From: a candidate division WOR-3 bacterium
GTDB taxonomy: Bacteria; Hydrothermota; Tepidihabitantia; Tepidihabitantales; Tepidihabitantaceae
DNA length: 64,000 nucleotides
Direction of reading: 5' to 3'
Assembly: GCA_039801085.1 (NCBI GenBank)
Contig: JBDRTY010000001.1
Location: 445,538-509,537, forward strand
Part shown: positions 37,188 to 48,702 of the stretch, in pieces
Position numbering within the stretch: position 1 is the first letter of the stretch
How the letters are laid out: each line of letters starts with the position of its first letter
The notes under the pieces: model-generated
Told to the model about the DNA's origin: nothing
The model's input: the letters and a program-made list of their open reading frames with translations, nothing else
Databases searched by the model: none
Translations under genes and position numbers: made by a program

Positions 37188-39071
37188 GTGAGTAAGGTAA
37201 TTGGTATTGATCTCGGAACCACATTTTCCTGTGTTGCGGTCATGGAGCGGGGCCAGCCAGTTGTGATCCCGAACCCCGAGGGTGGTAGAACTACCCCTTC
37301 AGTAGTGGCGCTGGGTAAGGAACGGCTGGTGGGAACACTGGCCAAGCGGCAGGCGGTGATCAACCCGACTTCGACCATTTATTCAATCAAGCGTTTCATG
37401 GGACGGCGCTATTCCGAGGTGCTGGAGGAGATTAAACGGGTGCCGTACCGGGTGGTAGAGTCGGCGAATGGTGATGCCTGGGTTGAGGTTGACGGCAAAC
37501 GCTACTCGCCACCGGAAATCTCAGCGATGATTCTTTCCTATCTGAAAAAGGCGGCTGAGGCTTATCTCGGCGAGGCGGTAACCAAGGCAGTGATCACAGT
37601 GCCTGCCTATTTCAACGATTCCCAGCGTCAGGCAACCAAGGATGCAGGGAAGATTGCCGGACTGGATGTGTTGCGAATTATCAACGAACCGACTGCAGCG
37701 GCTCTTGCCTACGGTCTGGACAAAAAGGGGTCAGAAAAGATTGCAGTCTATGATCTCGGGGGCGGAACCTTTGATATTTCAATTCTCGAAATCGGTGAAG
37801 GAGTCTTTGAAGTCCGTTCGACCAATGGTGATACTCACTTGGGCGGAGATGATTTTGACCAGCGGGTGATGGAATGGATTATTGAGGAGTTCCGGCGTGA
37901 GCACGGCATCGACCTTTCGAGGGATAAGACCGCGCTCCAGCGGATTAAGGAGGCGGCGGAGAAGGCAAAGTGTGAGCTTTCCACTTCGATGGAAACAACG
38001 ATCAGTCTGCCATTTATCTATGCGGATGAAAAGAAGGGTCCGCTTCATATTGATATGAAGCTGACCCGGGCAAAGCTGGAGGCGCTGGTTGAGGATTTGG
38101 TGCAGAAGACGCTGGGACCGGTACGACAGGCATTGGAGGATGCCAGGCTGACGCCGCGGGATATTGATGAGGTGATCCTGGTTGGCGGTCAGACGCGGAT
38201 GCCGCGGGTACAGCAGGTGGTGCGTGATTTCTTCGGCAAGGAGCCGCACAAGGGTATCAATCCGGATGAGGTGGTGGCAATTGGAGCGGCGATTCAGGGT
38301 GCGGTACTTGCCGGCGAGGTGAAGGATGTTGTGCTGCTGGATGTTACGCCCCTGTCGCTGGGAATTGAGACCGCCGGCGGTGTGTTCACCAAGATTATTG
38401 AGCGGAATACTACGATTCCGACGCGCAAGAGTCAGATCTTCACTACTGTTGAGGACAACCAGACAACAGTGCGGATTCATGTGCTTCAGGGGGAGCGGGA
38501 GATGGCAGCAGATAACCGGACACTGGGAGTGTTTGACCTGGTTGGAATTACACCCGCCCCCAGAGGAATACCGCAGATTGAAGTTACCTTTGATATTGAT
38601 GCCGATGGAATTCTGCATGTGACGGCAAAGGACAAGCTGACCGGGAAGGAGCAGAGTATCAAGATAACCGCATCTTCCGGACTGACAAAGGAAGAGATTG
38701 ACCGGATGATCAGTGAGGCACAGGCGCATGCGGCTGAGGACCGGAAACGGCGGGAGCTTGTTGACAGCCGGAACAAGGCTGATACCATTATATACCAGAC
38801 GGAACGGACGCTGAAGGAGTTAGGTGACAAGGTGTCAGCCGAAGAACGGCAGAAGATTGAGGCGGCGATTAATCGGCTGAAAGAGGTAATGAAGGGTGAT
38901 GACCGGAGTGCAATTGAAGCCGGAATTGATGAGCTGCAACGGACAGTGAGTACAATCGGCGAACGGCTTTATCGACAGCAGGGATCAGCCGGTACCGGAA
39001 GCACAGGTCAGGATCAGGAGAGAAGGCAGCAGGCTGATTATACGATAATTGATGGCGAGGAGAAGAAATAA
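37188..39071 (+). CDS. dnaK: Chaperone DnaK (Hsp70)
   Basis: [32 protein letters not shown] signatures. GTG start 8 nt after AAGGAGG. Confidence 0.95.
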   Translation: MSKVIGIDLGTTFSCVAVMERGQPVVIPNPEGGRTTPSVVALGKERLVGTLAKRQAVINPTSTIYSIKRFMGRRYSEVLEEIKRVPYRVVESANGDAWVEVDGKRYSPPEISAMILSYLKKAAEAYLGEAVTKAVITVPAYFNDSQRQATKDAGKIAGLDVLRIINEPTAAALAYGLDKKGSEKIAVYDLGGGTFDISILEIGEGVFEVRSTNGDTHLGGDDFDQRVMEWIIEEFRREHGIDLSRDKTALQRIKEAAEKAKCELSTSMETTISLPFIYADEKKGPLHIDMKLTRAKLEALVEDLVQKTLGPVRQALEDARLTPRDIDEVILVGGQTRMPRVQQVVRDFFGKEPHKGINPDEVVAIGAAIQGAVLAGEVKDVVLLDVTPLSLGIETAGGVFTKIIERNTTIPTRKSQIFTTVEDNQTTVRIHVLQGEREMAADNRTLGVFDLVGITPAPRGIPQIEVTFDIDADGILHVTAKDKLTGKEQSIKITASSGLTKEEIDRMISEAQAHAAEDRKRRELVDSRNKADTIIYQTERTLKELGDKVSAEERQKIEAAINRLKEVMKGDDRSAIEAGIDELQRTVSTIGERLYRQQGSAGTGSTGQDQERRQQADYTIIDGEEKK

Positions 39072-39119
39072 AAGGAGGCAGGTTTAATAAATTGGAAGCT
39101 TTAAGGAGGTGGCTGATTT

Positions 39120-39140
39120 GAGCCGACTAGGTGTCGGCTC
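39120..39140 (+). terminator. GC-rich hairpin (GAGCCGAC-TAGGT-GTCGGCTC) followed by TTT, between dnaK and dnaJ; possible attenuator or partial terminator
   Basis: Read directly in the sequence. It overlaps the track's GTG start for dnaJ. Confidence 0.35.
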
Positions 39141-39151
39141 TTTCAGATATA

Positions 39152-40294
39152 ATGCCCCAGACCAAACGCGACTATTACGAGGTCCTCGGGGTATCCCGTA
39201 ACGCAACGCAGGAAGAAATAAAGGCTGCCTATCGTCGTCTGGCGAAGCAGTATCATCCGGACCGTAATCCCGAGAACCGCAAGGAGGCAGAGGAGAAGTT
39301 CAAGGAGCTTTCTGAAGCTTATGAAGTCCTGGCGGATCCGGAGAAAAGGCGTCTGTACGATGCTTATGGTCATGAAGGCGTTTCTGCCCAGTTCGGACCG
39401 AGTGGTTTTGACTTTGGACGCCATTTCACCCATACTGAGGACCTCGAGGACATTTTCGGCGACCTTTTGCGCGGTTTTTCGGGCGGAGGTTCAATTTTTG
39501 ATTTACTGTTCGGTTCCGAATCAAACAGGAGCGTCCGGCACAGGTCCCGGGGACGGGATATTGTGATTAAAATGAGGTTGAGCCTGGAAGAGATTGCCAA
39601 CGGGGTTACAAAGGAGGTGACATTTTCCCGGTTCGAACGGTGTGAGGATTGCGCTGGAATAGGCGGGACCGGGAAGACGGTCTGTGGTACCTGCCGGGGT
39701 CACGGTCAGGTTCGACGCCAAACGAGCTCAATTTTCGGTCAGTTCGTACAGATTACCACCTGCCCCGATTGCGGCGGAACTGGCGAGCAGGTTAAAAATA
39801 CCTGCGCCAAATGTGACGGTGAGGGGCGAGTTCGGCGCAGTCGAACCCTCAAGGTGAAGATTCCGAGTGGCGTGAACTCTCAGATGCCGCTTGTGCTGGA
39901 GAAGGAGGGGCACTGGGGTCCGGGTGGTGCCGGTGATGTAATCATTGAGATTGAGGAGAAGGAGCATCCGTATTTTATCCGGGAAGGTGATGACATTATG
40001 GTGGAGGTGCCGATATCAATTCCTGTGGCGGTGCTGGGGGGCAAGATCAGCGTGCCGACGCTGAGCGGTAACAGGGAGGTGGAGATTCCGGCAGGAATCA
40101 GTTCCGGGACGGTATTGCGTCTGCGGGGAATGGGGCTCAAGCGGTTGCGTGGTGGGAATGGCGATCTCCTTGTCCGGGTCGTTGTGCATATTCCGAAGCA
40201 TCTTTCCTCCCGTGAACGCCAGCTTTACAAGCAGCTGGCAGATGCTGCATCCGAACCGGTACCTGAGCCGCGGAAGCCGGAGCGCGGGGCGTAA
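39152..40294 (+). CDS. dnaJ: Chaperone DnaJ (Hsp40) with CxxCxGxG zinc-finger repeats
   Basis: J-domain DYYEVLGV...HPDRN, four CxxCxG repeats. ATG at 39152 preferred over GTG at 39131, which sits inside the hairpin. Confidence 0.9.
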   Translation: MPQTKRDYYEVLGVSRNATQEEIKAAYRRLAKQYHPDRNPENRKEAEEKFKELSEAYEVLADPEKRRLYDAYGHEGVSAQFGPSGFDFGRHFTHTEDLEDIFGDLLRGFSGGGSIFDLLFGSESNRSVRHRSRGRDIVIKMRLSLEEIANGVTKEVTFSRFERCEDCAGIGGTGKTVCGTCRGHGQVRRQTSSIFGQFVQITTCPDCGGTGEQVKNTCAKCDGEGRVRRSRTLKVKIPSGVNSQMPLVLEKEGHWGPGGAGDVIIEIEEKEHPYFIREGDDIMVEVPISIPVAVLGGKISVPTLSGNREVEIPAGISSGTVLRLRGMGLKRLRGGNGDLLVRVVVHIPKHLSSRERQLYKQLADAASEPVPEPRKPERGA

Positions 40295-40300
40295 CAATTT

Positions 40301-41023
40301 ATGGAGTATTTCTATATTCCGGAACTGAAGCCGGGGACAGCAATCACTGAGCTCAGTGGAGCCGAAGCGCGGCACATGACGAAGGTTTTGCGCTATCAGC
40401 CCGGTGATGAGGTTTACGCTACAAATGGCAGGGGACAGGAGTTCCGCCTGATAATCAGGCGACTGCAGTCTGCCAGGGTTACGCTTGAGGTTTGTTCGGT
40501 GCGAGCAGGCGAGCGGGAACCGAAGCATCAGCTGACACTGGCACCGGCAGTGCTGAAGGGAGATAAACTGAGTCAGGTAGTAGAGGCGGCAGCCGAATTG
40601 GGGGTTAAGGAGATTATCCCCTTTCGCTCCGCAAGAGTTGTAGGCAGGTTGAGTGAAACCAAGTACCGGCGGTTGCACCAGGTGGCGGTCAGCGGTATGA
40701 AGACGGCACTGCGCACAGTACTGCCCCAAGTCAGGCCAGCACGGGATTTCAGCGAGCTGGTGGCAGATTTCCCGCATTATGAGCGGGTGGTGGTAGCTTA
40801 TGAAGAGGAACGGGTCAGGAGACTGGAAGAGGTTCTGGAACCGGCGGTTGAATCGGTGCTGGTAGTCATTGGACCCGAGGGCGGGTTTACACCCGAGGAG
40901 GTAGCAGCAATGAGTGCTGCCGGCGCAAGGCTTTTCACCCTGGGGCCGCGGCGGTTGCGGGCAGAAACCGCAGCAATAGCAGCAGTTACACTCTGCCTTG
41001 CCCGGCTGGGAGATTTGCAATGA
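40301..41023 (+). CDS. rsmE: 16S rRNA (uracil1498-N3)-methyltransferase RsmE
   Basis: 240 aa, PUA-like N-terminus and SPOUT C-terminal motifs (VVIGPEGGFTPEE). Confidence 0.8.
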   Translation: MEYFYIPELKPGTAITELSGAEARHMTKVLRYQPGDEVYATNGRGQEFRLIIRRLQSARVTLEVCSVRAGEREPKHQLTLAPAVLKGDKLSQVVEAAAELGVKEIIPFRSARVVGRLSETKYRRLHQVAVSGMKTALRTVLPQVRPARDFSELVADFPHYERVVVAYEEERVRRLEEVLEPAVESVLVVIGPEGGFTPEEVAAMSAAGARLFTLGPRRLRAETAAIAAVTLCLARLGDLQ

Positions 41024-41050
41024 TTATTCAGGAAAGGAGGTGTTGAACGC

Positions 41051-41245
41051 ATGGTAGGTATTACTGTCAAAGAAGGTGAACCCTACGAGAGTTTTATCCG
41101 GAGGTTCCGTCGGGTTTGCGAGCAGGCAGGAATTCTGCGCGAGGTGAAGCGCCGCGAGTATTACGAGAAACCGAGTGAGCGGCGTAAACGCAAACTCGCG
41201 GAGGCAAGGCGCAGGTTGTTTCGCAAGCAATTGAGCGAGCGTTAA
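41051..41245 (+). CDS. rpsU: 30S ribosomal protein S21
   Basis: 64 aa, basic, EGEPYESFIRRFRR...KRREYYEKPSERRKRK. Confidence 0.85.
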   Translation: MVGITVKEGEPYESFIRRFRRVCEQAGILREVKRREYYEKPSERRKRKLAEARRRLFRKQLSER

Positions 41246-41266
41246 TAACTCCAGGGTCAGAAGGTT

Positions 41267-43600
41267 TTGGACGCGCAAACACTCAAGGCGCTTGATTTTG
41301 AGCGTATCCGCAGTCTGCTGGCAGAGGGCTGCAGCACGTCAATCGGGCGCGATAAAATACTTCAGCTGAAGCCGTCGCTGAGTCGGGATCAGGCAGAGTC
41401 AGAGTATGAGCGACTGACAGAGATGCTGAAGCTGGATGCCGAGCCGCCGCTTGCCGGCATGAGTGATATCCGGCAGCTGCTATGGGAGGCAGAAGCGGGT
41501 AGAGTTTTGAGTGCGGAGGAATTGCTCCGAGTAAGACAGTCGTGTGCAACACTGAACAGCTGTAGACAGTTCTTTCTGACTCGGGAACACGGGCTCAGGG
41601 TGCTGCGGGCACTGGTGGGGCTGATCCCTGATGTCCGGGAACTGCAGAGGGCAATAGAACGGGCAGTTGATGATTCAGGTGCGTTCCGGGATAATGCCAG
41701 TGATCTGCTTTATGAGCTGCGGAGCGAAATCCGGGAGCGTCGGAACCGGCTAGTGGAGCAGCTGGAGCAGATGATTGAAACTGAGCCCGAGCGATTTGCC
41801 GGCACGGTGATGGTGCGACGGGAGCGGTTTGTCGTACCGGTCCGGGTGGAGTTCAAGAATCAAATTGCCGGGGTGGTACATTCGGTTTCAGCCAGCGGGC
41901 AGACGGTGTTTATAGAACCGCTGGCGACGATTACTGAACAGAACCGGCTGCAGGAACTGCGGGATGCGGAACGGGAGGAGATCGAACGGATTCAGCGGGA
42001 GCTGTCTGATCTGGTAGTTAAATTTGCCGGTGCGCTCCGGGCAGGAATCAGCGCGGTGGCGGACCTGGATGCACTTTTGGCAAAGCGCCGGTTTGTCATC
42101 AAATTTGATTGTCATCAGCCGGTGATTGACGAAGACGGCAGAGTGGAGCTGGTTAAGGCAAGACATCCGCTGTTAATGATGCACCGGTCTGAGGTGGTGC
42201 CCCTTGATTTCAAACTACCTGATGGTGTAAATGTCGTTGTGGTTTCGGGTCCGAATGCCGGCGGCAAAACGGTGGTGCTGAAGACCATCGGGGTCTGTGT
42301 CCTGCTGATGAAAAGCGGTATTTTTATCCCCGCGGCTGCCGGTTCCCGGCTGCCATGGTTTGAGCGGGTGTTTGCCGATATCGGCGATGAGCAGTCGCTT
42401 GAAGCGGATATCTCATCCTTTACTGCCCATCTGCATCGGCTGAAGCAGATCCTCAATGGTGCTGACGCCAGAAGTCTGGTGCTGATTGATGAAATCGGTT
42501 CTGCTACTGCACCGGAAGAGGGTTCGGCACTGGCAATTGCAGTACTTGAGGAGTTGAGGCGCCGCCAAGTGTTCACCGTGGCGACTACTCATTTCAGCAG
42601 TTTGAAGGTATTTGTTCAGAATGAACACGGAATGGCCAACGCCGGTATGGAGTTCCGTAACGGTCCGACCTACCGGTTACTGATGGGTTTGCCGGGCGAG
42701 TCCAGTGCCTTCGAAATCGCTGAGCAGTCAGGTTTGCCGGCAACGCTGATCAGCCGGGCGCGGGAACGGATGGGCAGTGAGTGGCTGGATTTCAAGACAA
42801 AGCTCCAGCAGCTTAATATGGAAGTGGAGTCGGTGACGAGGGCGCGACACGAAGCAGAAGTGCAGCAGAAGCGGGCTGAGGCGTTGATCAGGGAATATGA
42901 ATCTAAACTGGCGGAATTTGAGCGATGGCAGATGCAGGAGCGGAAGCGGCAGTTGCTGATGCGGGAACAGGAGTTGAAGGAATGGCGGCGCCGGATCGAA
43001 AATCTGGTGCGGGAACTGCGGGAACGCCAGGCAGACCGGGAAAGTGTTGTTAAGACAAAGAGTTTTATTGCGGATGAGCTCAAAGTTGTTGAAGCACAGC
43101 TGTCTGAAGTCCGATTGCCTTCACTTCCAAATGAAGAATCGCCACAGGTTTTTGCGGTTGGAGATGAGGTGGAATCCGAACTTTTCCGGCGTCGGGGCAA
43201 AGTGGTGGAGTACAAGGGTGAACGGGTGGTGGTGGAGTTTGGAAATATCAAGCTGGAGGTAGATCCTCGGGGCTTGAAACTGGCTCGTCCGGCATCCCAG
43301 CCCAAGCCGGCAGTTTCTGAGGAGTTTGAGTTTGTGCCGCATTTGAACATTCGAGGAATGACCCGGGATGAGGCAGAAATCGCCGTATCCCGGTTTCTGA
43401 GTGAAGCGGTAATTGCAGGTGCATTTGAGTTGTCAATTTTGCATGGTAAAGGAACAGGAACTCTACGCCAGATGCTATGGAGAAAACTGCGGCAGGATGC
43501 CCGGGTTGCCGAAATCAGGTTTGCCGAGCCCAGCGAAGGCGGCATGGGTGTGACGATTGTGAAGTTGCATCCTAAGGCAGAGCGGAATGGTGAGAAATGA
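41267..43600 (+). CDS. mutS2: Endonuclease MutS2 (MutS domain + C-terminal Smr domain)
   Basis: Walker A GPNAGGKT, DEIGSAT, C-terminal Smr (LNIRGMTRDEA...LHGKGTG). Confidence 0.85.
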   Translation: MDAQTLKALDFERIRSLLAEGCSTSIGRDKILQLKPSLSRDQAESEYERLTEMLKLDAEPPLAGMSDIRQLLWEAEAGRVLSAEELLRVRQSCATLNSCRQFFLTREHGLRVLRALVGLIPDVRELQRAIERAVDDSGAFRDNASDLLYELRSEIRERRNRLVEQLEQMIETEPERFAGTVMVRRERFVVPVRVEFKNQIAGVVHSVSASGQTVFIEPLATITEQNRLQELRDAEREEIERIQRELSDLVVKFAGALRAGISAVADLDALLAKRRFVIKFDCHQPVIDEDGRVELVKARHPLLMMHRSEVVPLDFKLPDGVNVVVVSGPNAGGKTVVLKTIGVCVLLMKSGIFIPAAAGSRLPWFERVFADIGDEQSLEADISSFTAHLHRLKQILNGADARSLVLIDEIGSATAPEEGSALAIAVLEELRRRQVFTVATTHFSSLKVFVQNEHGMANAGMEFRNGPTYRLLMGLPGESSAFEIAEQSGLPATLISRARERMGSEWLDFKTKLQQLNMEVESVTRARHEAEVQQKRAEALIREYESKLAEFERWQMQERKRQLLMREQELKEWRRRIENLVRELRERQADRESVVKTKSFIADELKVVEAQLSEVRLPSLPNEESPQVFAVGDEVESELFRRRGKVVEYKGERVVVEFGNIKLEVDPRGLKLARPASQPKPAVSEEFEFVPHLNIRGMTRDEAEIAVSRFLSEAVIAGAFELSILHGKGTGTLRQMLWRKLRQDARVAEIRFAEPSEGGMGVTIVKLHPKAERNGEK

Positions 43601-45261
43601 TTAAGCCCGATATTATTGAACGGGTCCGGCAGGAGACCGATATTGTAGCACTGATCGGCAGTTATGTGCCGCTTAAGAAAGTTGGCCGGTATTATCGCGG
43701 TCTGTGTCCGTTTCATTCCGAGCGGTCACCATCTTTCTATGTCAGTCCCGAACGCCAGGCTTATCACTGTTTTGGCTGCGGTGCTGGCGGCACCGCCATC
43801 ACTTTTGTCATGCGCTACGAGAAACTGGAATTTCCGGAGGCGGTCCGGCTGCTGGCGAAACGGCTGGGAATCAGAGTGGAGGAAGAAACCGGAAGCAGCA
43901 AGTATCAGCCGCTTTATGAGACATGCGAGCGGGTTGCCCGTTTCTATGAGCAGATGCTGGTGAAATCTGAGCCGGCAAGAAATTATCTACAGCAGCGAGG
44001 CTTGAGTGCTAATACGATTAAGCGGTTCCGACTGGGTTTTGCTCCTGGGGGCAATTATCTGCGCGGGCATGCCGCAAAACTGGGGTTGAACGAGGAGCTG
44101 CTGATTCAGTCCGGGCTGCTTCTGGTGCGTGACGAGGGTAGAATTGACTATTTCCGAGAGCGGATTATTTTCCCGGTATTTTCACTTTCCGGCAGGATAA
44201 TCGGATTTGGCGGGCGGGTGCTCGATGACAGTGAACCGAAGTATCTTAATTCCCCGGACACACCAATTTTTCACAAAGGAGAAAACCTCTACGGTCTCTA
44301 TCAGGCGCGGGCCTATATTCGGGATAATGTACCGGTGCTGGTTGAGGGTAATTTTGATCTGCTGTCACTGGTGGAACACGGAATTAATAACTGCTTGGCA
44401 AGTCTGGGAACCGCACTCACTACCGAGCAGGCACTGCTTCTGCGGCGATTTAATCAGCAGGTAATTCTCTGTTATGATGGTGATGAAGCGGGAAGGAAGG
44501 CGTGCCGGCGCTCAATCGAAACTCTGCTCCGCGCAGGGTTGGACCCGCAGATTGTTAATCTGCCGGCGGATGAGGACCCGGACAGTTTTGTCCGGAAGTA
44601 CGGACGGGAAGATTTCGAGAATATTTTAAGCCGGCGCGTTGATTTCGTTGATTTTATCGTTGCTGGCCGGGAACTGAGTTCAGTGGCAGAACAGCGGGCA
44701 GTGCTCAGAGAACTTACCGGTCTCGTAGCTCTGATTCCTGATTCGGTAACAGGAGAATTGTACCGGAACCGGATTGCCCGGAATTTTAACATCGACCCCA
44801 GGCAACTTCTGACCGCCGGACCCGAGAATTCAAAGGGCACCGATTTTCGTCTGTCCGACGCCTGGCACCGGCGTGCAGAGAAACTTCTGGCGGCAGCGGT
44901 CAAGAGTCAGAGGCTGGCGCAGGTCGCATCCGAATTTTCAATTTCAGAGCTGGTTGAAGATGAGGTTTTGAGCAGTATTGCCCGGACTCTGGAAGTGCAC
45001 TGTGGAGATGAGGCTTATTCCCCGCACCGGCTGATGGAGCTGGTGGGCGATGACACGGCGAGAAACAAGATTGCCCGCTGGCTTTTTTCGGAGGAGAAGC
45101 CCCCGGATGAGAATGATTTCCGGCGCTGGCTCTGTGATTTCCGTGGACGATGGCTGCAACGGGAAATCGAGCGGGCACATGATGCCGGAGACCAGGAACG
45201 TGAGGAGAGGTTGATTCGGGAAAAAAATTTACTTAAGTCAAGATGTTTGAAGAAAAAGTGA
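43597..45261 (+). CDS. dnaG: DNA primase DnaG
   Basis: Zinc-binding CPFHSERSPSF...CFGCG and the TOPRIM EGNFD...DGDEAG. Confidence 0.9.
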   Translation: MIKPDIIERVRQETDIVALIGSYVPLKKVGRYYRGLCPFHSERSPSFYVSPERQAYHCFGCGAGGTAITFVMRYEKLEFPEAVRLLAKRLGIRVEEETGSSKYQPLYETCERVARFYEQMLVKSEPARNYLQQRGLSANTIKRFRLGFAPGGNYLRGHAAKLGLNEELLIQSGLLLVRDEGRIDYFRERIIFPVFSLSGRIIGFGGRVLDDSEPKYLNSPDTPIFHKGENLYGLYQARAYIRDNVPVLVEGNFDLLSLVEHGINNCLASLGTALTTEQALLLRRFNQQVILCYDGDEAGRKACRRSIETLLRAGLDPQIVNLPADEDPDSFVRKYGREDFENILSRRVDFVDFIVAGRELSSVAEQRAVLRELTGLVALIPDSVTGELYRNRIARNFNIDPRQLLTAGPENSKGTDFRLSDAWHRRAEKLLAAAVKSQRLAQVASEFSISELVEDEVLSSIARTLEVHCGDEAYSPHRLMELVGDDTARNKIARWLFSEEKPPDENDFRRWLCDFRGRWLQREIERAHDAGDQEREERLIREKNLLKSRCLKKK

Positions 45262-45267
45262 GGTGTT

Positions 45268-46968
45268 ATGAGCAGAAAAAGTCGCACGAGCAGATCGAAA
45301 TCAAGGGCTGCTGAACGGAAAAAAGCACGATTGAATACCGGGAGGAAGAATGATATCGGCGTACCTGATGACGGTGATCAGCAGCCCGAATGGATGGAGA
45401 ATATTCTGAAGAAGGCAGCAGCAAATCACCGGATGACCTATGCTGAACTGGAGGACATGCTTCCCGACGAAATTCTGATGGCACCAGACCGGCTGGAGGA
45501 GGTGATTGCCAGTCTGGATCGTGAGGGTATTCAGATGGTTGAAAATCATGAGGTGGGCGAGGAACTGCTTCTGGCGCGGCATGGTACCCGTCCGGCGGTT
45601 CAGCGCAGCGACGATACAACCAAGGCGTATTTCCGGGAGCTGGCAAAACTGCCACTTTTGAGCCGTGATGAAGAGGTCAAGTATTCCCGGGAGATGGAAG
45701 AGGGTTACCGCGGATTGATTCAGTATCTGTTTGATTCCGTGCCGATGATGCGCCGGGTGATTGAAGAATGCCGTCCGGTTGAGGAGGGAACCAGAACGCT
45801 GGATCAGATTGCACGGGTGGAGTTTGAATGTCTTTTTGACAAGAAGGCGCTGGCACGGGAGCGAACGCGGTTCATACGCTGTCTCCGGGAGATTCAGAAA
45901 GCTGCAGACCGCCTGGAAGAGCTGCAGACAAAGAAACCGACACCAAGAGTACAAAAGGAAATCGCCGAGGTCAAACGCCGGGCATTTAATAAGATTCAGG
46001 CGCTATCCCTTCAGCATCATATCATCAACAATTTCCTTACGGAATTCAAAAATGTAGCGAATCAGGCAATCCAGCTTCAGGAGAAGGTTGACCATCTGAG
46101 GGCACGGGGTGAGACAGCTGAAGCCGAGCTTAAGGAGTTGAAGGCAAAATTAACTGAAGCCCGGAGATTTCTTGGGAAGAGACCTGCCCAACTCAAACGG
46201 ATTCTGGCCGAGATGGCTGCCTGTGAGGAGCGGATTCTGGCGGCACGGGACCGGATGATTGAGGGGAATGTCCGACTCGTGATATCAATCGCAAAGCGCT
46301 ACATCAACCGGGGGCTGGAGTTTGCGGATCTGCTTGAGGAGGGTAATGTCGGGTTGATTAAGGCGGTGGAAAAATTTAATTACCGGAAAGGGTTCAAATT
46401 TTCAACTTATGCGACTTGGTGGATCAAACAGGCGATCACCCGGGCGATTGCCGATCAGTCACGAACTGTCCGGGTCCCGGCACATATCATTGATGCCATT
46501 AACAAGGTGGCGAAGATTCAGCGCCGTTTTCTGCAGATCGAAGGGCGAGAGCCCACGACCGCCGAACTGGCACAGCGGCTCTCAACACCGAAGGAGAAGC
46601 TGGAACAGCTGAATAAAATCGCTCAGTTCGGAATTTCAATTGACAAACCGATTGACGACGAGGAATCCAGCTTCATCGGCGATTTCATCTATGATGACAA
46701 AACTGCTTCGCCGTCTCATGATGCTGCGGTCAAGCTGCTCCGGGAGAAGTTGGAGGAGGGGTTGAAGACCCTTACCCGGCGCGAAGAGAAGGTGCTCAGA
46801 CTGCGGTTCGGACTGGGCGATAACTGCCCCCGGACGCTGGAAGAAGTCGGGCAGATTTTCAACATTACCCGCGAACGCGTCCGCCAGATTGAAGCCAAGG
46901 CGCTGCGTAAATTGCGGCATCCATTGCGACTGATGGAGCTGGAAGAAATAATGAAGCTGCTGCGATGA
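45268..46968 (+). CDS. rpoD: RNA polymerase sigma factor RpoD (sigma-70)
   Basis: Regions 2.x ([30 protein letters not shown]...[11 protein letters not shown]) and 4.2 ([28 protein letters not shown]). Confidence 0.9.
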   Translation: MSRKSRTSRSKSRAAERKKARLNTGRKNDIGVPDDGDQQPEWMENILKKAAANHRMTYAELEDMLPDEILMAPDRLEEVIASLDREGIQMVENHEVGEELLLARHGTRPAVQRSDDTTKAYFRELAKLPLLSRDEEVKYSREMEEGYRGLIQYLFDSVPMMRRVIEECRPVEEGTRTLDQIARVEFECLFDKKALARERTRFIRCLREIQKAADRLEELQTKKPTPRVQKEIAEVKRRAFNKIQALSLQHHIINNFLTEFKNVANQAIQLQEKVDHLRARGETAEAELKELKAKLTEARRFLGKRPAQLKRILAEMAACEERILAARDRMIEGNVRLVISIAKRYINRGLEFADLLEEGNVGLIKAVEKFNYRKGFKFSTYATWWIKQAITRAIADQSRTVRVPAHIIDAINKVAKIQRRFLQIEGREPTTAELAQRLSTPKEKLEQLNKIAQFGISIDKPIDDEESSFIGDFIYDDKTASPSHDAAVKLLREKLEEGLKTLTRREEKVLRLRFGLGDNCPRTLEEVGQIFNITRERVRQIEAKALRKLRHPLRLMELEEIMKLLR

Positions 46969-47447
46969 ATCTGATTGGCATCATCTCCGATACCCACGAC
47001 CATCTGATCCACGTCCGCCGGGCAATTGCACTGTTCAATGAACGCAGGGTGAATCGGGTAATTCACTGCGGTGATATTGTGGCGCGGTTTGTGCTGGAGG
47101 AGTTCAGCCGGTCTCAGGCACCGCTGACAGTTGTGCTCGGTAACTGTGATGGTGATCCGCCAGCGCTACAAGAGAGTGCCCGACGACTGGGCTTTGAATT
47201 TCATCTTCAGCCGGTGCTTCTGGAGCTGTCACAACGGCGGGTTTTCGTCAGTCATCAACCTCTGAATTCGGTACCGGAGTGCGACTTCTATCTTCATGGC
47301 CATACCCACCGGCAGCGGTATGAACCGGGAAAACCGGTAATTGTCAATCCAGGAGAAGCCTGCGGCTGGCTCTCGGGGGTGGCGTCGGTTGCAATTTTGG
47401 ATCTCACTACCGGGACAGTTGAATTTCCAGAACTTGTTACGGGATGA
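46965..47447 (+). CDS. YfcE/MJ0936-family metallophosphoesterase
   Basis: SDTHD...GDIV...GNCD...GHTH metallophosphatase motifs, 160 aa. Confidence 0.7.
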   Translation: MNLIGIISDTHDHLIHVRRAIALFNERRVNRVIHCGDIVARFVLEEFSRSQAPLTVVLGNCDGDPPALQESARRLGFEFHLQPVLLELSQRRVFVSHQPLNSVPECDFYLHGHTHRQRYEPGKPVIVNPGEACGWLSGVASVAILDLTTGTVEFPELVTG

Positions 47448-47450
47448 ACG

Positions 47451-48152
47451 GTGGATATTGAGCCCGGTCTTTATATAGTTTCAACCCCGATCGGAAACTT
47501 AGGAGATATCACTCAGCGGGCGCTGACAGTACTTGCCGGAGTGGACCTGATCGCCTGTGAGGATACTAGGAAGACCGGTCTGCTGCTAAAGAATTTCAGT
47601 ATTACCAACCGGCTGATTTCCTATAATGAATACAACAAATTCCGCCGGACTCCGGAAATTCTTACTGTTCTCAGTCAACAACGGGCGGTGGCACTGGTCA
47701 GTGATGCGGGGACACCCGGAATTTCCGATCCCGGTTTTTATCTAATCCGTGCTGCAATTGAGCAGGGTATCCGGGTGATTCCAGTGCCGGGAGCGTCGGC
47801 AATTCTGGCAGCGTTGGTAGTATCAGGTCTGCCTTCTGACCGCTTTGTGTTTGAGGGATTTTTGCCGAAACGTGCCGGCCGGCGCCGGAAGCGACTGGCG
47901 GCGCTGGTAGATGAAACAAGGACGGTAATCTTTCTTGAGTCGGCAAGAAGGCTGATCCGACTGCTGAATGAGATCGGAGAGGTGCTGGGTGACCGGAGGG
48001 TGGTTGTCTGTCGGGAATTGACGAAAAAATATGAGGAGATAATTCGCGGGCGGGTTTCGGAAGTGCTGGAAGTGCTGACATCAAGGAAGATTAAGGGAGA
48101 AGTAGTTGTGGTTGTGAGTGGTTATGAGGAACGAGACCAAGGACCGAGGTAG
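47451..48152 (+). CDS. rsmI: 16S rRNA (cytidine1402-2'-O)-methyltransferase RsmI
   Basis: Tetrapyrrole-methylase fold: LYIVSTPIGNLGDIT...ACEDTR. Confidence 0.8.
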   Translation: MDIEPGLYIVSTPIGNLGDITQRALTVLAGVDLIACEDTRKTGLLLKNFSITNRLISYNEYNKFRRTPEILTVLSQQRAVALVSDAGTPGISDPGFYLIRAAIEQGIRVIPVPGASAILAALVVSGLPSDRFVFEGFLPKRAGRRRKRLAALVDETRTVIFLESARRLIRLLNEIGEVLGDRRVVVCRELTKKYEEIIRGRVSEVLEVLTSRKIKGEVVVVVSGYEERDQGPR

Positions 48153-48702
48153 AAGATTTCTGCGGCCGCTGGTCAAATTGTTGAACCGGTGGGCAATATC
48201 CCCATCAGCAGTGACTTGGAGTGCTCTGCCCTTGAGTATCGTAGCCGGTATTTTATTCGCCATGGGGAATTTTGTCTGGGGAGGAGTAGCTGCCATGCTG
48301 GTGGGATTGTGCGATACGGTTGACGGCGAACTCTCGCGGATGAGCGGCAGAACCTCAGTCAGCGGTGCAATCCTTGATTCTACCGTTGACCGTCTGAGCG
48401 AAGGGATAATTCTGACCGGCATTGCTCTGTATTACCAGAAAGTGAATGGCGTATATTCGGTACTGGCGATGATCACTATGCTGTTTTCCCTGCTGGTGAG
48501 CTATGTCCGGGCACGGGCGGAAGGTGCCGGGCGTCAATGTCAGGTGGGTTTTTTTGAGCGCCCGATACGGGTGATCATTCTGGTGTTCAGTGCCATCGTA
48601 CTGGGCAGGCGACTACTACCCCTCGGTCTGGGTGTTATTGCCGTCGGGTCACTTGTAACCTTTATCCACCGGCTGGTTCATGTTCTAAAGTCCCAATCTT
48701 AA
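48118..48702 (+). CDS. CDP-alcohol phosphatidyltransferase family protein
   Basis: DTVDGELSRMSGRTSVSGAILDSTVDRLSE matches the D-G-x2-A-R...G-x3-D-x3-D motif, with multiple TM helices. The start may lie at a downstream Met, reducing the overlap with rsmI. Confidence 0.65.
   Translation: MVMRNETKDRGRRFLRPLVKLLNRWAISPSAVTWSALPLSIVAGILFAMGNFVWGGVAAMLVGLCDTVDGELSRMSGRTSVSGAILDSTVDRLSEGIILTGIALYYQKVNGVYSVLAMITMLFSLLVSYVRARAEGAGRQCQVGFFERPIRVIILVFSAIVLGRRLLPLGLGVIAVGSLVTFIHRLVHVLKSQS

Noticed and set aside
37779-38729. 316-aa minus-strand ORF antisense to dnaK
   Set aside because: Antisense to a near-certain dnaK; no domain signal.
40016-41020. 334-aa minus-strand ORF antisense to dnaJ/rsmE
   Set aside because: Cys/Gln/Pro-rich with no motifs. 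It is fully covered by two well-supported plus-strand genes.
42670-43716. 348-aa minus-strand ORF antisense to mutS2/dnaG
   Set aside because: Extremely Ser/Arg-rich low-complexity translation, a typical GC-frame artefact opposite real genes.
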